IMG/VR virus record: IMGVR_UViG_3300021254_000023
Direction: 5' to 3' (one strand)
Origin: an uncultured virus (IMG/VR IMGVR_UViG_3300021254_000023)
Lineage: Duplodnaviria; Heunggongvirae; Uroviricota; Caudoviricetes
Length of the DNA stretch: 20,000 nucleotides
Shown here piece by piece: positions 1 to 7,977 of this stretch. Within the stretch, counting starts at the first letter, position 1. The number at the start of each line of letters is the position of its first letter. The position numbers were made by a program, and so were the translations under genes. Under the pieces are notes generated by a model, which searched no databases, was not told the DNA's origin, and worked only from the letters and a program-made list of their open reading frames with translations.

Positions 1-162
1 GAAGGGGATGTGGAGAAAAGTAACTTAATAGAGTACGTTAAGTCACATTTCGGAGAGCCTGGTATTAGTAAGTTTCATGATGGTGGTAAGAATGATATTT
101 TATATGTCTATATAGATCGTGAATTATGTCAATCATATATTATGATTAAGAAGAGAGATTAA
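1..162 (+). CDS. 3' end of hypothetical protein (partial, runs off left edge)
   Basis: Frame 1 is open from base 1 (EGDVEKSNLIEYVKSHFGEPG...IKKRD) to TAA at 160-162 and is followed by a terminator. Confidence 0.7.
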   Translation, partial: EGDVEKSNLIEYVKSHFGEPGISKFHDGGKNDILYVYIDRELCQSYIMIKKRD

Positions 163-179
163 TGTCTCTCTTTTTTTTT
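151..179 (+). terminator. Intrinsic terminator
   Basis: AAGAGAGA-ttaatg-TCTCTCTT hairpin followed by a T-tract, between convergent genes. Confidence 0.75.
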
Positions 180-251
180 AATGCAGAATCCGCTTAAAAA
201 ATAAAAGGCCTCGACTTTAGTCTTAGCCTCCTTTTTATATAGAATCGGTAC

Positions 252-1355
252 CTAGTATAAAAGTTCTCCTCTATACATTCCACCATTTTTCTGAACACCA
301 CTTATAATAAAGCGACGTTCCAATTCACCGTACCTGCTATACAGCCACCCATCCTTATCCTCTTTGAAGATTTCTCCAAAGTTTTCTGTTCGGGTACCTA
401 CATGCAGTTTAGTTCCTTTTACACGAATTGTATCCGTGTATAGGCCGAACTTAGTAGCTAAGTAATCATCAACCCAGTGATTTGGTTCTTCAGCCTTTGT
501 TTCTGTAGTTCCTCCATCTGGTTCACAGATTTCTGAATCTGAACTGACGGGTGCGGGATCTTCTTTAATCTTACCCTTCCCGATGGAGATTGAATTTATT
601 ACTTTTCCTATTACAGCATTGAGTTTACCTCCGGAGGGTTTCTTAACTGGATCTCTTTCTTCTTCCTCTGCATCGTTTTCGTGATACCAATCGTATTCTG
701 GATCAGTACGACGATCCCATTTACTGTAGAGCCATGAAGAAAGTTTATCTTTTCGTCCGTATCTCTTGATATAGGTTTTAGCCTCATTGAATTTCTTTTC
801 AAACTCATCTATATCCTCTCGTCCAGCTACGTAGTCCATGTATAGGACGCTTACATAGTTTGTACGAACCTGGATATTCAGACAATTGTCGTCTTCAATT
901 CGGCCATGGATATTAGCTTCATCAACAATAGATTTAAGCGTATCGATGGTACTAACCTCCAGAGAGTTAACAAGTTCCATAACGTCTGCTCGGACTTCTT
1001 TAACTTCAAGGTTCTCATCAACATATTGATTGATAGCTTTAGCAGAAATATTGCTGAACGTCTTGATATACTTAATACGACCGGGTCGGCCTACCAAGTT
1101 CTCATTAATATTCAGAGTATTCGTGGTCAAGATATAGAGTTTTCTGCTCTTATTCATGACACCATCAATCATTTTGAGGAGTGCTTGGCTTGCATTAGGG
1201 TCATCGTTCCGGAAGACCTTTTCAGCTTCATCTAAGAAGATGACACACTCAAACTCCAGCATCTGTACAAACTCAATCATACCAGGAGTATACTGGTTAA
1301 TGATGATGATAGGGATGTTAATCTCGTTGCAGAGAATTTTGGCACTAATGGTTTT
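252..1355 (-). CDS. AAA+ ATPase, exon 2 (spliced product 466 aa, join 1914..1618 + 1355..252)
   Basis: The frame of ORF 252..1280 extends upstream by 25 codons to 1355 (KTISAKILCNEINIPIIIINQYTPG-MIEF). It contains Walker B VIFLDEAEK, sensor-1 LTTN and the arginine-finger region LVGRPGRI. Confidence 0.9.
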   Translation of the reverse strand, partial: KTISAKILCNEINIPIIIINQYTPGMIEFVQMLEFECVIFLDEAEKVFRNDDPNASQALLKMIDGVMNKSRKLYILTTNTLNINENLVGRPGRIKYIKTFSNISAKAINQYVDENLEVKEVRADVMELVNSLEVSTIDTLKSIVDEANIHGRIEDDNCLNIQVRTNYVSVLYMDYVAGREDIDEFEKKFNEAKTYIKRYGRKDKLSSWLYSKWDRRTDPEYDWYHENDAEEEERDPVKKPSGGKLNAVIGKVINSISIGKGKIKEDPAPVSSDSEICEPDGGTTETKAEEPNHWVDDYLATKFGLYTDTIRVKGTKLHVGTRTENFGEIFKEDKDGWLYSRYGELERRFIISGVQKNGGMYRGELLY

Positions 1356-1617
1356 CAGTTATGTTACCCTATAGGCTTTTTATCCTATAGTTCAGATAGG
1401 TTCTTTGTTCCCTACTGCTCAGCATATATTTTCATCCTTTCTTTTTTGGATGGCGAACGCTCGTGGAGAGATTATATTCAGTTCTCTGTTTCACTCTCTA
1501 TGCGTTACACTACTTAGGATTCTTTAAGTCCTAAGTTAGCACGGTATTATCATCACAGACTTCACCGTTTTCGCTCGCTAATGATTTAATCGATTTCTCG
1601 ACTAAACGGCCGTTTTG
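1356..1617 (-). ncRNA. Group I self-splicing intron, 262 nt, no internal ORF
   Basis: 5' exon ends in U (GGU) and the intron ends in G (AACUG). Pairings seen: P1 GGUC/GGCC with U.G at the splice site; P2 UAGUCGA-GAAA-UCGAUUA (1587-1604); P3 GCGAGCG (1572-1578)/CGUUCGC (1453-1459); P4 CGGU/ACCG; P6a CUUAGGA/UCCUAAG; P7 GCAUA (1499-1503)/UAUGC (1422-1426); GAGAG/CUCUC; P8 CAUCC/GGAUG; 3' hairpin CUAUAGG/CCUAUAG. Removal restores GIKGTGKT in frame. Confidence 0.9.
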
Positions 1618-1914
1618 ACCAGTTCCTTTAATGCCGTTAAAGATTATACCCAGGTTCTGGTTACGTGAAATTACGTACTCACTATTCCAGGTCTTCTTTA
1701 TTTTCTCAATGAATTCGTCAATTCCCAGATCATATACTTTGAATGGGAATTCGAACTTTTCTGCAACCTTCTGGAGTCCAAGTCGTTGACTCATTGGGTT
1801 TGGATCTTGAACCAAGTTAAATATACCTGGTCCTGGGGAAGGGTAGACTTTAAAGTCTGCTGAGATTGGAAAGAATATTCCATGCTCAGGAATCCATTTG
1901 ATTTGATTACTCAT
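1618..1914 (-). CDS. AAA+ ATPase, exon 1 (99 codons, ends in Walker A ...GIIFNGIKGTG)
   Basis: ORF 1531..1914 reads NLGIIFNGIKGTG and then diverges into intron sequence. The KT that completes the P-loop begins exon 2. Confidence 0.9.
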
Positions 1915-2782
1915 ATTCGTATTTACCAGCTAATAAATTATACATATCAATGTAGTCAATTCCACAGGCATGGGCAGCATCAGCATCTTTACTACTGAGA
2001 CCCCACCTGCCGGAGTTGATTCCTATGTAGACCATATCTTCTTTGTTCCTCCAATCACGAACCGCCCCATAGACGATTCTTTCTTTTGGAGAACCTTCTA
2101 CTTGCTGTTTCAGGATAAACACAGAGTCTTTCCTGATTCTCAAATACGTACTTATACATACTTTGATATATTCCAAGGTTAGGTTTGCTACCCCAGGATT
2201 ACCAAATGCCGGTACTATATCATTGGCAGGAAAGATTACATATAGTCTAGTGGGATTGAAACTAGCTATCTTATCCCATACGTCGAACTTTGGTTTTAGA
2301 TCGAAGAGGGCTCTTGGCATGATGTTTGGTCTGCCATTACTCTCCCACGATTCATACAAACAGTCTAGGACGTCACAAATGACTACTTTCTTTCTGTTTC
2401 CAAGACCTCCGGTTGGTGTGACTTTAGGTTCTTCTTTCTTTGGTTGTCCAAAAGAACCACTTCCTGACCAACCACTGCCTGCTGACCATCCGCCGCTGTT
2501 TCCCCATGAGGGAGTTGTATCCTTCTTTTCCCAAGGAGCTCCCCCACTTCTAGAGGAGCCGAATGGGCTATTTCCGTTATCAAAAGGAGTGCTGTTACTC
2601 ATAGGCACCCAATGCCTCCTTTCTTCGAACTCGCTATCGAGTCTACTATTGAGTTCTTCTTGTTCATCAAGTAGTTTTTCTATTTTAATATCATCCTCGT
2701 CTATCATTTCCTCCAGAGGATCATCATCTTCTCTGGGGTAATCTGTGTAGTCGGGTGGAATATATTGTCTGTTATCGTTCAT
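1907..2782 (-). CDS. HAD-family (PNK 3'-phosphatase/GmhB-like) protein with degenerate catalytic motifs and an acidic, G/S/W-rich N-terminal region
   Basis: KVVICDVLDCL sits at the DxDGT position. MVYIGINSGRWGLSSKDADAAHACGIDYIDM resembles the C-terminal GD..G...S.SD...A...GI.Y.D motif of this family. Confidence 0.6.
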   Translation of the reverse strand: MNDNRQYIPPDYTDYPREDDDPLEEMIDEDDIKIEKLLDEQEELNSRLDSEFEERRHWVPMSNSTPFDNGNSPFGSSRSGGAPWEKKDTTPSWGNSGGWSAGSGWSGSGSFGQPKKEEPKVTPTGGLGNRKKVVICDVLDCLYESWESNGRPNIMPRALFDLKPKFDVWDKIASFNPTRLYVIFPANDIVPAFGNPGVANLTLEYIKVCISTYLRIRKDSVFILKQQVEGSPKERIVYGAVRDWRNKEDMVYIGINSGRWGLSSKDADAAHACGIDYIDMYNLLAGKYEYE

Positions 2783-3333
2783 GGCTGTGGAGCCCCTGTC
2801 CCATTAGAAGCATCGTCACCGCTACTGAGCGTTGCATCTTCAGCTTCGTGTTTTGCAGCAAGTTCAGCTTCAATGTTAGGATTGTAATGACAACTCTTCA
2901 AGAGACTGTGCAGCATACACGATCCATTGCTCGGTGAACATGCAGAATGACAGTCATTATATAAGCCACATACACCATCACACACAGCATCTATTACATT
3001 TGTCATGCGAACATAACCGTTTTCCTTGATAATATTCTGATACACATCTTCATATTCTGGGAAAACCTGTTCGATAGTTCCTTCTACAGGAACATAATCC
3101 TTATAGTCCTTATTCTCTTCGTCGTCAATGATTCCGAGATTACCGCAGAAATCTAGGAATGATTTTTCTGGGTTTTCAGGATCTCTAGGATCACGGAGCG
3201 ATGCACAGATCTTAGGCCCGTATGGACATACACTGAGACATGAAATCTCATCGTGAGGGTCTAAGACGGGTCTGAATACTAGGTAGCGATCACCATCACT
3301 AGTAACCACTTTGATTCTTTTAATTTTTTCCAT
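2779..3333 (-). CDS. Cys-rich hypothetical protein
   Basis: 184-aa ORF with two Cys clusters (CLSVCPYGPKIC; CDGVCGLYNDCHSACSPSNGSC). ATGA overlap with the next gene and a promoter motif upstream. Confidence 0.8.
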   Translation of the reverse strand: MEKIKRIKVVTSDGDRYLVFRPVLDPHDEISCLSVCPYGPKICASLRDPRDPENPEKSFLDFCGNLGIIDDEENKDYKDYVPVEGTIEQVFPEYEDVYQNIIKENGYVRMTNVIDAVCDGVCGLYNDCHSACSPSNGSCMLHSLLKSCHYNPNIEAELAAKHEAEDATLSSGDDASNGTGAPQP

Positions 3334-3357
3334 ATTCTATATTAAAATGTTATTTGT

Positions 3358-3368
3358 CTTTAATAAGG
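3358..3368 (-). promoter_or_regulatory. Repeated promoter-like motif CCTTATTAAAG
   Basis: Copy of the CCTTAtanaTG family 24 nt upstream of ATG 3333, just after a hairpin. Confidence 0.55.
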
Positions 3369-3375
3369 TTAAGAA

Positions 3376-3401
3376 GTCCCAGGCCAATTTTAGCCCAGGA
3401 C
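3376..3401 (-). terminator. Hairpin, probable terminator
   Basis: Minus strand GTCCTGGGCTAAAATTGGCCTGGGAC followed by TTCTT. Confidence 0.55.
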
Positions 3402-3410
3402 CGTTTTATA

Positions 3411-3566
3411 TTAGTGTTCATTATTTTCAGATATCCATTTCTCTAGTCGACTTCTGTCGGCAGGGAGAACGTGATTTCTGATACTGTCGATCTGAATACT
3501 GAACATCGTTTGTATTTGCTTCTTTGTGTAGGAAGCGCCATTATCAAGTGTTATTGTTACCGGCAT
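3411..3566 (-). CDS. Small hypothetical protein (51 aa), not in ORF track
   Basis: ATG at 3566 to TAA at 3411: MPVTITLDNGASYTKKQIQTMFSIQIDSIRNHVLPADRSRLEKWISENNEH. It fills the gap between a gene and a hairpin. Confidence 0.55.
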   Translation of the reverse strand: MPVTITLDNGASYTKKQIQTMFSIQIDSIRNHVLPADRSRLEKWISENNEH

Positions 3567-3795
3567 ATTTTTCTTTGTATTTTTTATCACTGATTATTGT
3601 TAAGGTTCCATCTACTGGATCTTTCATGATCCAATCTCCTTCCACAAGCCTTTTATCCTCTATATTGCAGTGAAACTTGTGATAGGGCATTCTGGAAGCA
3701 CATGTGAAGTTTTTTGCACGATTTTCTGTGTATAGGATAACTTCAGCTATGTTCTCCCTCGTAAATTGAATTGCAAGTGGCTCAGACTCTAACAT
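3544..3795 (-). CDS. Small phage protein ('A.QF...GDWI.K....G' type)
   Basis: LAIQFTREN...EGDWIMKDPVDGTLTIISDKKYKEKY resembles a common small phage protein pattern. Confidence 0.65.
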   Translation of the reverse strand: MLESEPLAIQFTRENIAEVILYTENRAKNFTCASRMPYHKFHCNIEDKRLVEGDWIMKDPVDGTLTIISDKKYKEKYAGNNNT

Positions 3796-5338
3796 TAATT
3801 TCTTTAAATTTCCAAGAAATTTCTACACCCTTGAGCGTTAAACCACTAAGTTCTATCTTCTTCGTGGTTTGGGCTGCTGACGGACGATACTTGTCTGCAA
3901 ATTTAGCTGTCTTGCTAGCAATCAGCTTGAAGGTATTCTCACGGATGATGCTCTGAGAGTTCTTCTCAATGGCCTCCCAATAGGACTTGTTTTTACTAGT
4001 CCGCTTGATATATCCAAGGATCCTAATCAGGTTCTCTGCCTTAATGCCGCCACGGCTGATTTGTCCATGCTCAACATAGTCAGTCAGGGCATTAGTGATG
4101 GCAGTGGAATCTGAGAAAAGGCCCTTCATAGTGGACTGTAGTTCAACAGTCTTATAGGAACCGTGGCTCTGAACGGGAATCTCTCGTGTGGGATAGTAAT
4201 GATCACCATAGATACCAATTCCCCGGAGGAACTGTTCTGCGCTGCTAACCTGAGTACGATGTTGACGGTTCTGAGAGTTTTGCTCAGTGGCCTTAGCTTC
4301 CATTATCGTCAGGTATTCCTGAGCAACCTTGGCAATATACAGCCTTGCCTCTGCGTCTGCCAGTACGTATGATGGCATAGCCTTTACGTTGTTTCTGCAT
4401 ACAATAGGAATCTTTTTAAGGTTCACTAAGTAGAGATTGTCGTAGGCTTCATTCATCTCTATACAACCAACCGCTCTTAGACGACGAGCGAGGCTGCTAC
4501 TTACCTTCACTCCAAGGAGAGGCATATTGAGACGACCATCTCGAATTATGTTTATGGTCTTCAGGCAGGTCAATCCTTCACGACGACCGGGCTCTACGCC
4601 GAATTCGTTCTCAGGGACGTCCACACTAACGAGAGCTTTATACTGTAGGCTCAAGTTAGCTCGAGTTTTATTACCGACAATTGCTGTGACGGGAACGAGC
4701 TGATTCATTATATACTCGACTCCCTCTGGTTTCCGGGTAGATGATGCCGTAATTCTTTCATATCGACCTACTAACTCTGGATCGATTAGTATTTTAGCAC
4801 TATCTTCTACCAAGTCATTAACAAGTTCGAAAACACTATACCTACGACCCTTCTTATAGAGTCTTGGACAGGTCATGATGTTAAGCTCTTGATTAATGTT
4901 TGGTCTCCAACTAGCACTCTCGTACATTTCTCCGGCAAGATTTTCTAATGTATTTAGACCTGTTTCACCATAGACAGAGTAAAACTGATCGATGAGTTTA
5001 GAATCTCGAGTGGCAAGTACCAGATCCTCAATGGTATCCATATAGACTTTTGGAGTACCAATGATCATCACTAGAATCTCACGAAGATCATTGATTTCGT
5101 AATCCTGGAGAGGATTCTTAGTTGTGGTCTTAAGGATCACGTAAGCATGAGTTCCTTGTACTTCAACCTCCCCCAATCCGTAGGTTTGATAACACCTGAT
5201 AGAGTTTGATACAACATCGAGAGTCACTATAAATTGTGCTCTCTGTTGGGATTTATTCGTTAAACGAACTTTCCCGTTTTCAATTGTTTGTGGGGTAATC
5301 TTAATTCTTGCTCCACTAATTAGTACTTCGTTGTTCAT
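3782..5338 (-). CDS. Hypothetical protein, 518 aa; C-terminal half resembles the tail region of phage vWA-domain proteins
   Basis: Long ORF with its own promoter motif. RANLSL...VDVPEN...INIIRDGRLNM is recalled from phage vWA-type proteins. No DxSxS MIDAS motif is visible. Confidence 0.75.
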   Translation of the reverse strand: MNNEVLISGARIKITPQTIENGKVRLTNKSQQRAQFIVTLDVVSNSIRCYQTYGLGEVEVQGTHAYVILKTTTKNPLQDYEINDLREILVMIIGTPKVYMDTIEDLVLATRDSKLIDQFYSVYGETGLNTLENLAGEMYESASWRPNINQELNIMTCPRLYKKGRRYSVFELVNDLVEDSAKILIDPELVGRYERITASSTRKPEGVEYIMNQLVPVTAIVGNKTRANLSLQYKALVSVDVPENEFGVEPGRREGLTCLKTINIIRDGRLNMPLLGVKVSSSLARRLRAVGCIEMNEAYDNLYLVNLKKIPIVCRNNVKAMPSYVLADAEARLYIAKVAQEYLTIMEAKATEQNSQNRQHRTQVSSAEQFLRGIGIYGDHYYPTREIPVQSHGSYKTVELQSTMKGLFSDSTAITNALTDYVEHGQISRGGIKAENLIRILGYIKRTSKNKSYWEAIEKNSQSIIRENTFKLIASKTAKFADKYRPSAAQTTKKIELSGLTLKGVEISWKFKEINVRV

Positions 5339-5369
5339 ACTTTTTTGTAGTTTATGTATGTTTTGTATT

Positions 5370-5407
5370 CATATATAAGAATTTAACCATTAATATCCTT
5401 ATTAGTG
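5370..5407. promoter_or_regulatory. Divergent pair of promoter-like motifs (TCTTATATATG minus 5370-5380; CCTTATTAGTG plus 5397-5407)
   Basis: Two copies of the recurring motif lie back to back in the 71-nt divergent intergenic region. Confidence 0.6.
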
Positions 5408-5409
5408 AT

Positions 5410-6051
5410 ATGAAAAATAAAATCGGTAAATGGAATGAAGTAACTTACGAAACAATGTCAGACATTTTTCGTAGATTCTTAGAAATGGAAGACTGGACTA
5501 AGGACATGGTTCTGGAGATTCAGGACCCTATTGCCATAGCGGCTGGGGATCATGAACGGCGCATGTATCTTGGCAATAGAATAGGTATCGATGGTTGGGA
5601 GAAATATGACGAGCCTTATCTCGATTGTATAAAAGCGGTTACAGAAACTAAAGGTGTAGACAGCTCAATCATGTTCGATAAGGATTATATAATCCTATGT
5701 ATGCTCGAAAGCAAAAATCCAACAATAGTGCCAATTTTTACAACTGATGAAAAAATGAGCAGGGCACTATTAACGGCTTTCTTTGGAGATCCATCCATTG
5801 ATGGTAGTTCCTTTTCAGACCTTATTGACACAAGTTCTCCTAAGTGGTATACCGTAGGGGATGATGGTAAAAGATATGTTCACCTCGGAGAGAAAGCATA
5901 TGAAAAGTTCTCTGTAGAAGAAAAATTTATTAGAATAAGAACAATAGATTATGAAACCTGGAAAAACGATATTACCGGATTCTTAGAGGATGACCAACCT
6001 CTTCAGTATACTGACTTAGATCTACAAAATATAACCCTCCTTAACCCATAG
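5410..6051 (+). CDS. Hypothetical protein, 213 aa
   Basis: ORF preceded by the motif and followed by a terminator. No family recognised. Confidence 0.8.
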   Translation: MKNKIGKWNEVTYETMSDIFRRFLEMEDWTKDMVLEIQDPIAIAAGDHERRMYLGNRIGIDGWEKYDEPYLDCIKAVTETKGVDSSIMFDKDYIILCMLESKNPTIVPIFTTDEKMSRALLTAFFGDPSIDGSSFSDLIDTSSPKWYTVGDDGKRYVHLGEKAYEKFSVEEKFIRIRTIDYETWKNDITGFLEDDQPLQYTDLDLQNITLLNP

Positions 6052-6069
6052 GAGGGATTTTTTATTTTT
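6034..6069 (+). terminator. Intrinsic terminator
   Basis: CCCTCCT-taacccat-AGGAGGG followed by ATTTTTATTTTT. Confidence 0.7.
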
Positions 6070-6090
6070 GCGTTTAGGGACCCAGGAAAG

Positions 6091-6101
6091 CCCTATATGT
6101 G
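6091..6101 (+). promoter_or_regulatory. Promoter-like motif CCCTATATGTG
   Basis: Variant copy 24 nt upstream of ATG 6126, followed by an A-rich leader. Confidence 0.5.
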
Positions 6102-6125
6102 TATAACAATTAATAAAAATAAACA

Positions 6126-6878
6126 ATGAATAAAGATGCAGTTTATGTAGTAAAACAACCAATACATTCAATTGTATCAATTGTTGTCGTAGACGAGGCA
6201 AAAACACCGCTTCATCCATCGGCCCATTCGAACCTAGATCAGCTGGTGGATATGACAGATGTGATTTTTGTTTTCTCGGATAGATTTTCAGTGTCTGGTT
6301 TTATGCCAGATAAATTTACTAGTCTATATAGAGGTTGTGCATATATTTATGGAAGTGGTAATGTTTTAGGACGACCTATTTTCCAAGCAATGTTATATGC
6401 ACAAGAAATCTTTAGACGTCATGCTGCTTATGTAGTGACTGACCTAGAGAGAATTGGAAAATTAAGATTTCAAAATAAAGAACTCTTACAAACTCTAGCA
6501 GCTAGTGCTATTGCAAAACCTATCTTGAGAATTAAAAGACTTAGTCCAGAAGAACTTTATTCGATATATCTCCCAGAGAAACAGGATGAAGAAGAAAAAG
6601 TTCCATGGTGGAAGTTTTGGGAAACTAAGTCTACTACAACACCAGAAGGAGATAGGATCAATAGTAGATATTGTTCTGACTCTAACTTAATGTTCTTTAA
6701 ACAGACATTAGTGAAGATTCTCCTGAAAAATTACGAAGATAAGAAATTTATGAAGTATGTTAATACGTTCTCAGAAGATGATCCTAGTTATTTATTTGCC
6801 TCGTATATCAGGGAGCTCGGCATAGATAACATTGATTCATCTCCAGAAGAACTGACTAATGTTGGAAGAGAGCTATGA
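6126..6878 (+). CDS. Hypothetical protein, 250 aa
   Basis: ORF with an A-rich leader and an ATGA overlap with the next gene. Confidence 0.8.
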   Translation: MNKDAVYVVKQPIHSIVSIVVVDEAKTPLHPSAHSNLDQLVDMTDVIFVFSDRFSVSGFMPDKFTSLYRGCAYIYGSGNVLGRPIFQAMLYAQEIFRRHAAYVVTDLERIGKLRFQNKELLQTLAASAIAKPILRIKRLSPEELYSIYLPEKQDEEEKVPWWKFWETKSTTTPEGDRINSRYCSDSNLMFFKQTLVKILLKNYEDKKFMKYVNTFSEDDPSYLFASYIRELGIDNIDSSPEELTNVGREL

Positions 6879-7207
6879 TTAGGTATAAACAACGGGGCTT
6901 GAATGATACTTTTCCTCGAGAGGTCACTACATGGAAATATGGAGATGACGTCCCGGAATGGTTAAGTGACATAGCTAAAGTGGCTAGTATAGATAATAAT
7001 ACTCATAGAATCTCTTTAGACATAAGGGAGACTAATACGGGAGGTTTTGAGATTTTAGATTCTAGTGGACAACATATTTTAGTTCGCCTAGACTCTAAAA
7101 CTGACATCCTGTGTAGAGATATTAGTCAGGGGGCTAAGGGAATTGTTCTATTCTCAATGACCCCACGTCAATTTGATTTAATTTATGTAAGCTATGGACA
7201 ATTATGA
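6875..7207 (+). CDS. Hypothetical phage protein, 110 aa
   Basis: MIRYKQ...VTTWKYGDDVPEWL...PRQFDLIY; possibly the same broad family as 3544..3795. Confidence 0.75.
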   Translation: MIRYKQRGLNDTFPREVTTWKYGDDVPEWLSDIAKVASIDNNTHRISLDIRETNTGGFEILDSSGQHILVRLDSKTDILCRDISQGAKGIVLFSMTPRQFDLIYVSYGQL

Positions 7208-7643
7208 TGAACTTCAATCGAAAATTAGTACGATTGAATCAGAGCTTGCTAAAGCCAAACTAGAACTAGAAAGCAGTAAGAAAGATGATTTTAAAGTAGA
7301 AGTAGAAAAGTTTTTTGATACTGCATTAGATGAGCAAGCTACTATTGGAGCTGAACTTAGCTTTAATCTATCGGAAGATATGAGATTTGCTAAGGGAATG
7401 ATAGTTTCTCTTCTTGAAAACGAATCAAGCGATGATTATGCTATGGCTAAAACTTACTTCAACTCTTTTAAGTCTAAGTACCTAGAACTTAGTGAGAAGA
7501 TTGCTGAAGTAAATCACATCAGGGCTAGTGTAGAAAGCATGGTTCGTGTATTTAAGAATGAAGTACACTTGGCGGAAGAGAAAAAGAGAAAAGCGGCGAT
7601 TGAGAGTGACTATAGTCTCAAACCGGAGATCGCTGAGATTTGA
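7194..7643 (+). CDS. Coiled-coil hypothetical protein, 149 aa
   Basis: E/K/L-rich heptad pattern; overlaps the upstream gene. Confidence 0.8.
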   Translation: MDNYDELQSKISTIESELAKAKLELESSKKDDFKVEVEKFFDTALDEQATIGAELSFNLSEDMRFAKGMIVSLLENESSDDYAMAKTYFNSFKSKYLELSEKIAEVNHIRASVESMVRVFKNEVHLAEEKKRKAAIESDYSLKPEIAEI

Positions 7644-7662
7644 TAAATTTCTGACAAAGCCT

Positions 7663-7702
7663 GTGGGGAAACCGTCTGTGATGGATAGTTTTCCCACTTT
7701 TT
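7663..7702 (+). terminator. Intrinsic terminator
   Basis: GTGGGGAAAC...GTTTTCCCAC hairpin followed by TTTTT, immediately before a promoter motif. Confidence 0.65.
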
Positions 7703-7703
7703 A

Positions 7704-7714
7704 CCTTATACATG
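7704..7714 (+). promoter_or_regulatory. Promoter-like motif CCTTATACATG
   Basis: 25 nt upstream of ATG 7740. Confidence 0.6.
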
Positions 7715-7739
7715 AAATGGATAATAACACAACAAAAGT

Positions 7740-7928
7740 ATGAAGAAAAGTAAGAATTGGCTATTGATTATTGTAGTAGTGATCGTAGCAATCTGGGTTC
7801 TCCCGGCCGCTTTAGGTGCACTAGGGAGTTTAGTATGTGTCAGCTTTTCCTTGATTGGATCGCTGATTAGTGTCGGATTCTGGGCTCTCGTAGTCTGGTT
7901 GTTATGGAAGCTTTGGAAGAAGGCTTAA
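7740..7928 (+). CDS. Small two-TM membrane protein, 62 aa
   Basis: Basic termini flank two hydrophobic stretches; appears monocistronic. Confidence 0.8.
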   Translation: MKKSKNWLLIIVVVIVAIWVLPAALGALGSLVCVSFSLIGSLISVGFWALVVWLLWKLWKKA

Positions 7929-7938
7929 GAAAGAAAAT

Positions 7939-7977
7939 AAAAAGAGGGGCAGCTTAATTGCTGTCGCCTTCTTTTTT
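7939..7977. terminator. Bidirectional terminator between convergent genes
   Basis: AAAAAGAGGGGCAGC-ttaatt-GCTGTCGCCTTCTTTTTT. Confidence 0.6.

Noticed and set aside
1531..1617. C-terminal 28 codons of the 127-aa ORF (QNGRLVEKS...TVLT) as real protein, or the split as a frameshift, pseudogene or intein
   Set aside because: This is read-through into the intron. The insert is 262 nt (not a multiple of 3), contains stops, lacks intein ends and has group I structure, and both exons are intact.
6126..6878. Glycosyltransferase/RgpF-like assignment for the 250-aa ORF
   Set aside because: Only a vague beta-alpha-beta resemblance at the N-terminus and no convincing catalytic motif; left as hypothetical.
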